From positions 5,632,001-5,696,000 of the forward strand of contig OZ223209.1 in assembly GCA_965140415.1 (NCBI GenBank): a stretch of 64,000 nucleotides of DNA, in the 5' to 3' direction. Each line of letters begins with the position of its first letter. The first letter of the stretch is position 1. Shown in pieces: positions 49,986-60,308 of this stretch. The translations under genes were made by a program, and so were the position numbers. The notes beneath the pieces were generated by a model. That model saw nothing but the letters and a program-made list of their open reading frames with translations. It did no database searches and was not told where the DNA came from. Source of the stretch: Myxococcota bacterium (GTDB taxonomy: Bacteria > Myxococcota_A > SURF-8).

Positions 49986-50879
49986 ATGTCTGTTGAACGG
50001 CGATATCCACATATCGCCGCGTCCAAGCGTAAAATCGGAGCGCATGAATCCATCGCAGGCGGCGTGGATACGGCCTTTGAGCGCATCGGAGCGGTCGATG
50101 GCAGCGCACTACAGATTTTCACGAAAAACAACACCCGCTGGCAGAACAAGCCCATCGAAGAAAGCTGCGCCCGGCGTTTTATCGAGCAAGCCAAGACATT
50201 CGGTACAGATTCCATTCTGGCGCACAGCAGCTACCTGATCAATTTGGCCAGTCCGGACGATATCCTGTATGAAAAGAGCATCGCCGCATTAAACGACGAG
50301 TTGCAGCGTACAACACTATTGCACATTCCCTATCTCGTGCTGCATCCCGGCGCGCACAAAGATTCAGGCGTACAAACCGGCATCCGTCGTATCGCCGCGG
50401 CGCTGGATCGAAGCTTCTCCGAAACAGATGGAAACACCATGATTTTATTGGAAATCACGGCGGGTCAGGGGAGCCAGTTGGGGCGCAGCTTCGAGGAACT
50501 GGCAGCGATTATGGAAACCGCACGAAATTCGGAACGGCTGGGTATCTGTTTCGATACCTGCCATGCCTTCGCCGCCGGATACGATTTTCGAAACGAACAG
50601 ACCTACCAGCAGACCTTTTCCCGCCTGCAAGAATTGATCGGATTGCAGCAAGTGCGCGCCATTCACCTGAACGATTCCAAGGGTGGTTTGGGATCGCATG
50701 TCGACCGGCACGAGCACATCGGGCGCGGACGTCTGGGATTGCAGGCGTTTGACTTGCTGCTGCACGATTCGGCATTTGTACAGACGCCGATGGTCCTGGA
50801 AACCCCCAAAGGAGCGGATCTGGAAGAGGACCGCCTCAACCTGGCGGTGTTGGATGGGTTACTGGGGAAAAAGAGATAG
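49986..50879 (+). CDS. nfo: Endonuclease IV
   Basis: IGAHESIAGG, QIFTKN, HSSYLINL, HPG, LEITAGQG, DTCH, HLNDSK, DRHEHIG, ETP. Confidence 0.97.
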   Translation: MSVERRYPHIAASKRKIGAHESIAGGVDTAFERIGAVDGSALQIFTKNNTRWQNKPIEESCARRFIEQAKTFGTDSILAHSSYLINLASPDDILYEKSIAALNDELQRTTLLHIPYLVLHPGAHKDSGVQTGIRRIAAALDRSFSETDGNTMILLEITAGQGSQLGRSFEELAAIMETARNSERLGICFDTCHAFAAGYDFRNEQTYQQTFSRLQELIGLQQVRAIHLNDSKGGLGSHVDRHEHIGRGRLGLQAFDLLLHDSAFVQTPMVLETPKGADLEEDRLNLAVLDGLLGKKR

Positions 50880-50889
50880 AAGTTTTTCA

Positions 50890-50926
50890 GGGGACTCCGC
50901 GCCTTCGGCGCTTCATCCTCCCCTAC
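50890..50926 (-). repeat. GTAG-type REP-like palindrome
   Basis: Minus strand GTAGGGGAGGATGAAGCGCCGAAGGCGCGGAGTCCCC; located just after the nfo stop. Confidence 0.45.
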
Positions 50927-51082
50927 ACCTCCCGAAACAACGCACTATTTTAATTTGCCCCCCCAAAGCCGCATCGCAGTTGCACATCATTGCATACAAT
51001 GCTAAGGTTCCAACAACAAGATCGATTCTCGTACAAGACGTCATCACGTTCGCCAGATTATGAATCCGGGGAGGAACGCCAC

Positions 51083-52294
51083 ATGATCAAAGGCTTTCTG
51101 CTGTTACTGCTTTGCCTTTTTCCGCTCTCCTGTTTGGAAACGGACGAAACGCTGAACCCATTTGAGACGGATGGAGATTCCGAATCGGAAGCTGATACCG
51201 AAGCGGAAGAAGTTTTTTTAGCCGCCGAGCAATTGGGACCGTATCAGGTCGGTGCCATGAACGTGCAGTTTGCCGACTCCAAATGCAACCGGGAGCTTAC
51301 TGGTGTCGTATGGTACCCCACGGAGTTGCAGATCGGACTCCCCTTTGCCTACGTCGGCGGGTTGCTTTCGAACACGGGAGCAATAGCGGATGCGCCGCTT
51401 GCCGAAGTGGACGAGTTACCGCTGGTGGTCTTCTCGCACGGTCACAACGGTTTCGACGCGCAATCCTTCGGTTTATGCCAGCACCTGGCCAGTCATGGGT
51501 ACCTGGTCGTATCCTGCAATCACAAAGAAGATACCTTTATGGATCTATCCGAGGAGTTCCTTATTAAAAGCGCCATGGATCGTCCTAAGGACGTCAGTTG
51601 CATGATCGACAGCAGCCTGGCCTGGAACGAAACCGAGGACCACCTGCTTAAAGGACATATCGATGCCGAGCGCATCGGCCTGGTTGGTCACAGCTTCGGT
51701 GGCTATACCTCCGTGGCGTCAGTGGGTGGCGAACTGGACCCGCCCGGTTTTTTGGACAAATGCGAGCAACTGGACGAAGAAAACTGGGGTTATCAATACT
51801 GGTACTGCTCCATCTTCATGCAGGCGGATAGCGGCTACGGGCAAGCCTGTAATCCATGCACGCTGGCGGACGAGCGCATCCGGGTGTCCGTACCGATGGC
51901 CCCGGCTTTTGCATCGCTATTCCGAACGGAGAGCCTGCAACAGATCGACATCCCGATGTTACTGATGGCAGGCTCCATTGATCAGGTCATCAGTCCGCCA
52001 GAAGTTCGTCAATATTACGACGCCACGCCGAAAAATGTCTGGTACTGGGAACTGGCAGGGGCGACGCACTACACGTTTTGCAGCGTCTGCGACATGCCGT
52101 TTCTCGTGGATCTGGAGCAGTTCGGTTGCCAGCGCCAGCAGATCGAAAACGAGCGCGCTTACGAATTGATCGATACCGCTACCACCGCCTTTTTGGGAAT
52201 GTACCTGAAAGACGATTCGCGCTATACCCGTTATTTCGAAAGCGACTATCTCGATACCGCCACGGAAATCACGCTGCTAGGCAAAACGGAATAA
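51083..52294 (+). CDS. Alpha/beta hydrolase lipoprotein (PAF-acetylhydrolase/dienelactone-hydrolase-like)
   Basis: Lipobox PLSC; WYP, VVFSHG, LASHGY, RPKDV, VGHSFGG, GSID, GATHYTF. Confidence 0.88.
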   Translation: MIKGFLLLLLCLFPLSCLETDETLNPFETDGDSESEADTEAEEVFLAAEQLGPYQVGAMNVQFADSKCNRELTGVVWYPTELQIGLPFAYVGGLLSNTGAIADAPLAEVDELPLVVFSHGHNGFDAQSFGLCQHLASHGYLVVSCNHKEDTFMDLSEEFLIKSAMDRPKDVSCMIDSSLAWNETEDHLLKGHIDAERIGLVGHSFGGYTSVASVGGELDPPGFLDKCEQLDEENWGYQYWYCSIFMQADSGYGQACNPCTLADERIRVSVPMAPAFASLFRTESLQQIDIPMLLMAGSIDQVISPPEVRQYYDATPKNVWYWELAGATHYTFCSVCDMPFLVDLEQFGCQRQQIENERAYELIDTATTAFLGMYLKDDSRYTRYFESDYLDTATEITLLGKTE

Positions 52295-52411
52295 CAGGCA
52301 AAAAGCGAAATCGAAACTCCCTAACCTTTTCATTTAAACACGGCAGTGCTACACTGCCGTACATTCGATTGTCTGCAACGATACAAGACATCCTGTAGAA
52401 GCACGAAACGC

Positions 52412-53791
52412 ATGAATGTTCTATTGACCAACGTGCCCGGTCCACAAATGGGCCTGAGCAGCTACATTTTTCCAAGCTATCCACCGCTTGGATTGGCATA
52501 CCTTGCCGCCGTGCTGCGTCGCGAACGGCATACCCCGGTGATCGTGGATCAGGAGCATCAGTCTTTTCACTGCATCGAGCAGGCCATTTCTGCCTATCGC
52601 CCGCGCCTGATCGGCGTCTCCGCATCGATGCCGATGCTCAAAGCCGCGCTGCAACTAGCAAAGCGGCTGCGTCAACTGGCACCGGAAGCGCTGCTGGTCG
52701 TTGGCGGTCCGCTGACGACCCCCTTTGCCGAGCGGCTGGTATCTCCCGGCGGGTATGATGTTGCACTGAACGGCGAGGGCGAACATGTGCTGATGTCGCT
52801 GGTTGAGTTGGCGCAACAAACGCAGCGCAGCAAGAAGCTCTATGAAGCGATACCGGGCATCGTGACGCACATCGATGGCGAATGGCTGCGTACTGAAGCC
52901 GCCTGCCCGACGGAAAACCTGGACGAACTACCCTTTCCGGCGCGCGATCTGCTGGTGCGCCGCTCTCTGTATTTGAGCCATCCTGTGGATAACGGCTATG
53001 GTCCAGCTACCACGGTTTTGGCCTCGCGCGGTTGCCGCTTCAATTGCTCTTTCTGCTACCAGTATCCATTCAAGAGCTTCTACCGGCGACCTTCTCCCGA
53101 ACGGGTGGTGGAGGAAATCGAGGGCTTGATGCGGCAGTACGGCATCCGTTTCGTGCGCTTCATCGACGACCTGTTCACCTACGACCGCGAACGAACCCTG
53201 CAACTGTGCGAACGATTGCAACAACGCCTGCCGAAGCTGCGCTGGCATTGCGGCACACGCATCGACCAGGTCGATGAAGAACTGCTGCGCGCTATGTACA
53301 CCGCCGGTTGCCGGGTGATCAACTTCGGTTTCGAATCCGGCGACAAAGACGACCTGCGCCGCATGGCCAAGGGAGCCAAGGCCGATCCACGCGAAGTGGC
53401 GGAGCTATGCCACCGCATCGGGTTGGATGTCATCGGGCAGTTTATCATCGGTTTTCCCTGGGATACGCCGGAATCGATCGAGCGGCGCATCGCCTTTGCC
53501 AAGTCGCTACCGCTGCGGGCGGCGACCTTCTGGCCGCTGATCCCGATGCCGGGTACGAGATTATACGAACAGGTCTTGCAGCAAGTCGGCGAATTCGAAT
53601 GGGATTATTTCGAGCACACCGACTGTGACAGCCCCGGTCCATTGCAAAATCCGGTGTACTCTCCACCGGGCATGACACGCCGCCAGATCCGCCATGCGGT
53701 TCGCCGCGCCCAGTTCGGTTTTCATCTGCGCCCCCACATTCTGCTTCCGCTGCTAAAGGAAACAGTCACAGGCTGGAAACAACGAATCTGA
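52412..53791 (+). CDS. Cobalamin-binding radical SAM protein (class B methyltransferase-like)
   Basis: PPLGLAYLAA, VVGGP, GEGE, LPFPARDL, SRGCRFNCSFC, DDLF, GFESG, FIIGFP. Confidence 0.93.
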   Translation: MNVLLTNVPGPQMGLSSYIFPSYPPLGLAYLAAVLRRERHTPVIVDQEHQSFHCIEQAISAYRPRLIGVSASMPMLKAALQLAKRLRQLAPEALLVVGGPLTTPFAERLVSPGGYDVALNGEGEHVLMSLVELAQQTQRSKKLYEAIPGIVTHIDGEWLRTEAACPTENLDELPFPARDLLVRRSLYLSHPVDNGYGPATTVLASRGCRFNCSFCYQYPFKSFYRRPSPERVVEEIEGLMRQYGIRFVRFIDDLFTYDRERTLQLCERLQQRLPKLRWHCGTRIDQVDEELLRAMYTAGCRVINFGFESGDKDDLRRMAKGAKADPREVAELCHRIGLDVIGQFIIGFPWDTPESIERRIAFAKSLPLRAATFWPLIPMPGTRLYEQVLQQVGEFEWDYFEHTDCDSPGPLQNPVYSPPGMTRRQIRHAVRRAQFGFHLRPHILLPLLKETVTGWKQRI

Positions 53792-54018
53792 GATACGCAT
53801 TCCATGTGCAATCCCCCCCACTTACATGAATTCCTGTTTTTTTCCTCCTTAGCGAATAAAATTCTGAAAACTTGGTTATATGGGTTGGAGGGAATACTTC
53901 GAATGAGAAAAACCGGGCATGTCGCATGCAATCGGCGTAACATACCTGTATTGATGACTTTTTAGATCTCCATCGGTGAAAACCGATGTGGCTATCGACG
54001 ACAAAGGGGAGTCGAGAC

Positions 54019-55032
54019 ATGGAAAACGAGCGGGAAAACACAACCAAAGCCGGACTGGCAAAAAGTAAACCGCTGCCTCCAAGCTGGAAAATTCACCTGA
54101 TGCTGGCCTGGGAAAACTGGCTGAAAATGCTGGTTACAGGCGCGATTCTAATCGGGGGCACCGTAGCGGCATTGTGGTATATCCCCGAAGATGGCCTTGG
54201 CCTGCTGGCAGTAGCCGTCGTCAGCCTGATTCCCATCGGTCTGGTCGTTAACGATATGCGCCGGAAAAAGACTCCCTCAACCAAACGCGCTATCCTGCTT
54301 TCGATATTGGGAGTTGGCCTGCTGCTGGCGACACTATATCCCAGTTTGAAATCCCTGCTCTTCGAAGAGCAGATCGGGCACTTTCAGTTCTCCTCAGTAG
54401 ACGATTCCGCCTCCGCCCCGGTCGTCATCCCCGCACAGGACAAAGGCGATCAGTGGTACCTCATGGAAGTGCATGGAAAACTGCAAGACACCAAGGAGTC
54501 CTATGAAGTTTCATACGCCCTGCGTTTGGAGAACGAGGAATTCGGGCAAACCTTGAAAGGCGAACTAAAGCGCTCATGGAGCCGCTTTCGCGTTGGTCGC
54601 CGCAGCAGGGGAAAACGATTGGTGAACCATGAACGGGACGTGCATCATCTGACGGCGGATCTGGGAGCGCCCACAACCTTGTCCCTGAGAAAACTGAGCG
54701 GCAAACTGGACGGTCCCCTGGAAGTCTTTTTACGACCGGAGCCGGTGATGTGGAGCTACCTGTTGCAGATCGATTTGCCATTGTTGCTGCTCGCCGGGCT
54801 GCTGGAGAATCCGGATACCGAAGAAAAACGCAACCTGCGCCTTGTGAAGCGCTCGTCTTTCATGCTGCTGTTCGGAGCGGTTTTTGCGGATAACTGGATG
54901 CCTGGAAACTGGTTCGGTCAGGTGCTATTGGCGCTGATCGTCGCTTTGGCCGGTTCAGTGCTACTAGGCTACATCCTGCCGAAACTAATGCAGCCTTTGG
55001 CGAGCCGGATGTCCTTTTTAAACGCCCGGTAG
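54019..55032 (+). CDS. Hypothetical multi-pass membrane protein
   Basis: Three N-terminal TM segments, a soluble beta-rich domain and C-terminal TM segments; GGGGAG SD. Confidence 0.8.
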   Translation: MENERENTTKAGLAKSKPLPPSWKIHLMLAWENWLKMLVTGAILIGGTVAALWYIPEDGLGLLAVAVVSLIPIGLVVNDMRRKKTPSTKRAILLSILGVGLLLATLYPSLKSLLFEEQIGHFQFSSVDDSASAPVVIPAQDKGDQWYLMEVHGKLQDTKESYEVSYALRLENEEFGQTLKGELKRSWSRFRVGRRSRGKRLVNHERDVHHLTADLGAPTTLSLRKLSGKLDGPLEVFLRPEPVMWSYLLQIDLPLLLLAGLLENPDTEEKRNLRLVKRSSFMLLFGAVFADNWMPGNWFGQVLLALIVALAGSVLLGYILPKLMQPLASRMSFLNAR

Positions 55033-55107
55033 AGCATAGTGGAGGACAAGAATCGGAGTGACAACATTCCAACTCGATTGCTTCGCAATCCCATTGCAAT
55101 ACCGCGT

Positions 55108-56895
55108 TTACTTGCCACTCGCTGCCAATGCCAGCCGGGAAGCCGTGTCGGCGCTGACAAGCGTGACGTGCTCGGGGAGGAGTTTAACCATTTCCATAAA
55201 CGAATTCTCCAGGCTTAAACCGCCATCGCTAGTCATGTAAACCCAGCTCACCGTGCCTTTCGGATAGTTACCCAGTTCTTCGGCCATCTTCTGTGGACTT
55301 TGGAAGAAGGGGTCATCGTCGTTATCGATTCCACGCCACTCGCGAGGCCGGAATACGACCGTCTGACCGCCATCCTTGCCCTTTAACACCTTGTAGAAAT
55401 CTTCATCCGGCCACCAGGGAAAGGTGGGAAACAGATAGGGCACGTTTACGGGAAACACACCCTTGATGGCTCCGTCGTTCTTTGCGTACTTGGGCAAGAA
55501 GATCTCTTCGGCGTCTTCCCAGGTACCGGCCCAATCCCAATGAACGACACCCGCGACGCCCAGCACGCGTGCATCCTGCTCCGTGGCTTGAGCAAAGCGG
55601 CTCTGATCCTGCACGTTCAAAGACGAAGGATAGGCGTAGAGGTGACCACTGGGAGGCAGAATGAAATAGTCTTTTCCGGTTTGACGTGTAGTCGCATAGT
55701 ACCATTCCAGCACATCGGGAGCGAGGTAGGCCAGGTGCGGTGAAATGCTCCAACTGATCGGTTCGCAGGAATTGTCCGCCTGTTTGCAATCCGCGAGTCG
55801 CTGTCGCAACCATACGTTGCGCGTGCTCATGATGAAGCGGATGTTGTCGCCATCTCCAATGACGAAAGCCACATAGGTTTTACTCGAATCGTATTCGATT
55901 TCCTCCGGCGGGTTGTGCTCCAGTTCGTCGGCACTTTTAATCGGTGCCCGGCGAGTGGAAAAGAAGGACAGGTTATTCGTTTGGCTGGGAATGGCTCCCA
56001 TATTGCGGGAATCCAGACAACGTGTATGCGCCTCGTACAGGTAGCCGCCCATCACCATCCAGGAATTATTGTACCCGAATACACCGATAGGCGTCTGCCA
56101 GGGTCCGGCGTTGACGATATCTTGCAACAACTGCCTGTCCGGGTTCGATTCCTGGCAGCTATTCACCAGGAAATGCACGAACAGTTTCTTGGCGAACACG
56201 AAATCGATCAGCGCCGGAGGCATATCCCGGATCAGTGGAGGATCGGAAACGTCATCGGCATTCGTGTCGTAGCCGGGATTGAGCATGGCCAATCCCGTAG
56301 TCTGTTCGATATAGTTTTCGAACACGTACTGCGTGGCCAGGAAAGGGGTGTTGCGCGTTTCGAACTCCAATGTGGCATCGAAGGAAGGATTCTCGCAGAC
56401 CACATTCAGTTCCGTATCCAGCGGCACCGCCTCAAGCGATGCTGCGACAGTCAGAATACTCGGCAGCAATTCCTGCTGTTCGGTATAGGAATACCGGACA
56501 CAGGAGGGAAATTCGCCTAAACAGGTAGCAAGGAAATCAGAGGCATTTACCGTTTCACTTGGTTGCAGGTCGAGTTCGTCCAGCCAGGCGGCATCGTTGT
56601 CATCCATCTGTATATACACGGAACCGCCCAGCCTGCGGTTGTATAGACCGGCGCAAGCTTGCACGGCCAACTGGAGCGCAGCCGCTTCTGACGCATCGAG
56701 CATGACCTTCGTGAATTCCGTTGCCGCAATCCATTCCTCCGCGTCACCTTCCGCCTCCGCGTCGCCATCCGTCAACATGTCACCGTCTATCGTGTCCCCA
56801 TCGGAATTGTTTCCCGTATCGGGATTGTCTTTCTCACAACCCGAAGCCAGTAGCAACAAGACAGTAAGAAGGCTGATTAAAACGATTTGCTTCAT
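55108..56895 (-). CDS. GxGYxYP-family putative glycoside hydrolase lipoprotein
   Basis: Lipobox ASGC, DGD tract, NLSFFS, YVAFVIGDGDN, PISWSISP, PSGHLYAYP (variant of GxGYxYP). Confidence 0.75.
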   Translation of the reverse strand: MKQIVLISLLTVLLLLASGCEKDNPDTGNNSDGDTIDGDMLTDGDAEAEGDAEEWIAATEFTKVMLDASEAAALQLAVQACAGLYNRRLGGSVYIQMDDNDAAWLDELDLQPSETVNASDFLATCLGEFPSCVRYSYTEQQELLPSILTVAASLEAVPLDTELNVVCENPSFDATLEFETRNTPFLATQYVFENYIEQTTGLAMLNPGYDTNADDVSDPPLIRDMPPALIDFVFAKKLFVHFLVNSCQESNPDRQLLQDIVNAGPWQTPIGVFGYNNSWMVMGGYLYEAHTRCLDSRNMGAIPSQTNNLSFFSTRRAPIKSADELEHNPPEEIEYDSSKTYVAFVIGDGDNIRFIMSTRNVWLRQRLADCKQADNSCEPISWSISPHLAYLAPDVLEWYYATTRQTGKDYFILPPSGHLYAYPSSLNVQDQSRFAQATEQDARVLGVAGVVHWDWAGTWEDAEEIFLPKYAKNDGAIKGVFPVNVPYLFPTFPWWPDEDFYKVLKGKDGGQTVVFRPREWRGIDNDDDPFFQSPQKMAEELGNYPKGTVSWVYMTSDGGLSLENSFMEMVKLLPEHVTLVSADTASRLALAASGK

Positions 56896-57012
56896 ACGAG
56901 ATCTCCTATTGTTGCATGTATTAAGATCAATGCGATGTTTATTCTAAATACGAGCTGCACAATATTTTCAGAGAGCCGATGTAATCAAGGCGGGGTGAAC
57001 AATCACACTTCG

Positions 57013-57756
57013 CTACCTTTCAAAGTTTCCACGTCCGACCGAACAGGTAATATACAATCCGACTCCGGCGCTCAGTTGTGGCATGTAATGGCCTCCACCG
57101 TCATCTAACGAAAACTCGTTATCGAAGTGACGCAACAGCGAAACGGTCAGACCAGCACCGACCGAACCGAATTCGGTGTTATAGCGGTATTCGATGTGCG
57201 GTTCGACGCTCAGATGCCAGTAGTGAATCTCCTGCGTGTAGAAAAGATAGTCCGTTCCAATAAAGCCGCCCAGGCGCAATTCGTGCCGGTAGTCATCTCG
57301 TAGTTTTACCCTTGCACCCAGGCGCATTCCGACCCCGGTTGCCCCGGCGTAATACACGGGATGAAGTTCCAACAGCGTGACGTAGAATTGCGGAAGATGA
57401 AGCGTGAACAGGCGCAGATCCAGGCGGGGAAAGGGATGCAGCTTCGTCTCTATGGTACGCGTCTCTCCGGTTTCCGTATGGCGGCGAAAGTGCAGCGTCC
57501 AGCCCATTGCCAGACCCAGCCACTCGATATTGCGTGCCCATTCCTGCCGTGAACGCCAGATGGAATCCACGGGTTCCGAAGAGAAAGAATCCACCGCTTC
57601 ATCATCGGGGGAAAGCGATCGCTCGGCAGGTTGTCCATCATCGTCGCTAACTGGGGTCGTTGCTTCCTGCGCCAGGGCGGGAATCGCCAGCAGCCACAAG
57701 AAAAGTACAAGCCAGATCCAGCGACGCGCCACGAATCGCAGTTGTTCATCAGGCAT
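57013..57756 (-). CDS. Exported hypothetical protein, possibly a small outer-membrane beta-barrel
   Basis: Signal peptide ending ALA-Q; alternating hydrophobic/Gly-rich strands. Confidence 0.6.
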   Translation of the reverse strand: MPDEQLRFVARRWIWLVLFLWLLAIPALAQEATTPVSDDDGQPAERSLSPDDEAVDSFSSEPVDSIWRSRQEWARNIEWLGLAMGWTLHFRRHTETGETRTIETKLHPFPRLDLRLFTLHLPQFYVTLLELHPVYYAGATGVGMRLGARVKLRDDYRHELRLGGFIGTDYLFYTQEIHYWHLSVEPHIEYRYNTEFGSVGAGLTVSLLRHFDNEFSLDDGGGHYMPQLSAGVGLYITCSVGRGNFER

Positions 57757-57968
57757 TCGTTTGCTCCTCGATTTCGGGAAGCTTATCATAGCGTGAAGCG
57801 TGATATGCCGCAAGCGGGGATGCTGGGAAACGCTAAAAACAGAAATGCTTTCAAGTACACGAAAGGAGGACAAGACGTCCTCCTTTCGCTGTTTTAGACA
57901 TATTGTCCCGTGTTGGAGTATGGGTTCTTGTTCAGCTCCAACCACTTGCCTTTCAAATCATATTGGCT

Positions 57969-60098
57969 CTAGCGCGTGATCGTTACCGTTGCTGTGCCGT
58001 CAGCTCCGATTGTGACCTGGGTATCGGCCAGCATGCTTTCTGCCGTGGCGTCGTATGTCTTCAATACGATCGTTTCATTGGCCACACCGGCCAGATCTAT
58101 TTCCAAGCCGTTTTCGGTGGCGGCGATACGCGTAAAACGCTTATCGGCCATGGTGACGTACTTCCCGGCTTCGCCGATCAGCGCCAACCCGTTTTCGAAG
58201 ATCGGAGCCAGCACGGTATACGCAAAACCGTACTTGCTCTCATCGGGTGCCATCTCAAAGCTGCCGTTGACGATTCTTGCTGTAGCCGTACGCCAGTCGT
58301 AGGCCACGCGCCGCTCGGTAATGCCCAAATCCTTTTCCAGATCCAGTTGCCAGTCGGTCACGAGATCGGGATAGACGAACATGTCGTTCAGGTCCATGCC
58401 GTCGTACATGAACTGGGCGTGCATGCGGTCATCGGCTGTGCGGTCGGGATGCTTTTCGGCCAGGTTGTAGGCGGCAACGTAGCTCCACTTGCCGATTCCA
58501 TCGTATTTCGAGTAGGTGGCGGTGGTGTAGGGCCGCTCGTGCGGCAGAAACATGGCATCGATGGGCAGTGCTGGACGATCGGGCTTTAACAGGTAGCCGT
58601 CTTCCCGGCAGGTGCGCATGATGATATCGCGCTTGAATGCCCCGATGGCGTCGCCTACACCCACCATGCCGCCGCATAAGGCCGATACAAGCGCCTCCGC
58701 TTCGGGGAAAGCTTCGGAAGACTGGAAGTTGTCCTTAAAGGGCCAGATACCCAAGGCCCAAGCAAGCATGTTGTTGGTATGGAACTGCGGGTAGTAGGTT
58801 TCCTTGGAAAATGATGCGCCGTAATCGGTGCAGGTGCGTGTGGTGGTGACCGCCGGGAGATCGACGCTGCCCATCAGATTGGACGTGCTGGGCATACAGA
58901 TCTGCATGGTCAGATCGTGCTCCGCAACCGAAGCGCCCAGGCCGTAATACCAGTCGGTGGCCCGGCCCATCTGCTCGCGCATATAAGGCATACGCCAGTA
59001 TTGATTGATCAACCAGTCCTGTTCGTAGGTCGTGACACCCCAGGAAATGGCGTCTTCCATGAAATGGTCGTAGATGTCATTATTGGCCGGCAGCACGGAA
59101 TCCGACCCAGCGATGAAGTCGTATTCGTCGGTGTAGTCGTTCTCCACGGCGAACCAGCGATTGTGGACGATCAACGGCAGTCCCAGTTGTTGCTGGAAGG
59201 AAACCAACCCGTCGGGGAACATTTCCGTTTGCGGCTCCCAACGAATCAGACCACTGCCCGGCAGCAGACCATGCCCGCCTTCTTTGTAGTACCACCAGGA
59301 ATCGAGTTGCAGATAGCGGAATGGAATGTTCTCCCGTTCCCAATCCGCCTGTACGGCGAACAGCGTATCCTGATAGTTCAAATCGCCCTCGGTCTGATAG
59401 TAGTAAACGGCCCCGTTATCCGTCCAGTATCCGAGATAGGACAAGCCGAGATCGGCATAGCGATCCACCTTGCTTTTTCCGCGATCTTCCAGCAGTTGCT
59501 CGCCCCAGTATTCCAGCGTGGCGGCAATGCCCTTTCCTTCTGCCAGTATGAAACGCTGCGACAATTCGGCGGGAAGCTGTTGCAACTCGCCGTTTAACCC
59601 ATACTGAATCTTCCCGTCTTCAAAGGTCATGATGGCATCGAAGAAATCATCCACCGGCGAGAAGACCAGCACGTCCATGTCATCCGAATAGAGAATGATC
59701 GGACCGTTGCCGACGATGGCTTTTAACCACGGTGGGAAAAAAGGCGAAGTAAGAAAGTTCAGAACGTGCGTGTATTTCGCATCGACCGGAATGGGAGCGA
59801 AAGCGTAGGCCAGATCCTGGAACGTTGCCTGTTCGTCGCCGTGGGCGGCCCGGTAGTCGTCGTAAGGATTATTGACACCCGAAGGTGTTAGCGGTTGACG
59901 GTCGGCATTGACGAGATCCGCCTTTGTGACTTCAAAAATCTGACGACTGTAGGATATCCAACTGTTTTCATCCTCATTTTCCAGATCCAGATCGCCGTCC
60001 GTGTCTCCATCCGGCAAGTTCGTGGAGTCGCCGTCGTCGCAACCGGCAAACAACGCAAAAAGCATGATAAACGCGAGCAGGTACAATCTTGTTTTCAT
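57969..60098 (-). CDS. Lipoprotein, putative clan GH-D-like (GH27/31/36-related) TIM-barrel glycosidase
   Basis: Lipobox FAGC, DGD tract; YLQLDSWWY, FPDGL, YEQDW, MQICM, RTCTDY, GVGD, GYLLKPDRP. Confidence 0.65.
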   Translation of the reverse strand: MKTRLYLLAFIMLFALFAGCDDGDSTNLPDGDTDGDLDLENEDENSWISYSRQIFEVTKADLVNADRQPLTPSGVNNPYDDYRAAHGDEQATFQDLAYAFAPIPVDAKYTHVLNFLTSPFFPPWLKAIVGNGPIILYSDDMDVLVFSPVDDFFDAIMTFEDGKIQYGLNGELQQLPAELSQRFILAEGKGIAATLEYWGEQLLEDRGKSKVDRYADLGLSYLGYWTDNGAVYYYQTEGDLNYQDTLFAVQADWERENIPFRYLQLDSWWYYKEGGHGLLPGSGLIRWEPQTEMFPDGLVSFQQQLGLPLIVHNRWFAVENDYTDEYDFIAGSDSVLPANNDIYDHFMEDAISWGVTTYEQDWLINQYWRMPYMREQMGRATDWYYGLGASVAEHDLTMQICMPSTSNLMGSVDLPAVTTTRTCTDYGASFSKETYYPQFHTNNMLAWALGIWPFKDNFQSSEAFPEAEALVSALCGGMVGVGDAIGAFKRDIIMRTCREDGYLLKPDRPALPIDAMFLPHERPYTTATYSKYDGIGKWSYVAAYNLAEKHPDRTADDRMHAQFMYDGMDLNDMFVYPDLVTDWQLDLEKDLGITERRVAYDWRTATARIVNGSFEMAPDESKYGFAYTVLAPIFENGLALIGEAGKYVTMADKRFTRIAATENGLEIDLAGVANETIVLKTYDATAESMLADTQVTIGADGTATVTITR

Positions 60099-60250
60099 CT
60101 TACATCTCCATGTGGTGGGCGGCGTCTTGCACAGCTTACAATAGAGAAATGGAGGGTGGCTGTCAAGAAAGCGAAATTCAGGTTAGAAAGCAGTGCCTAT
60201 TTCTAACCAGTTGCTAACAAACAAATAGAACACAGCCAAACCCAGAAACG

Positions 60251-60287
60251 AAAAAACCTCCTCCCTGTTTGACAGAGAGGAGGTTTG
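60251..60287 (-). terminator. Intrinsic terminator of the large surface-protein gene
   Basis: Minus strand AAACCTCCTCTCTGT-CAA-ACAGGGAGGAGGTTTTTT. Confidence 0.85.
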
Positions 60288-60308
60288 AGGTTCGTTAAGA
60301 ACGACGAA

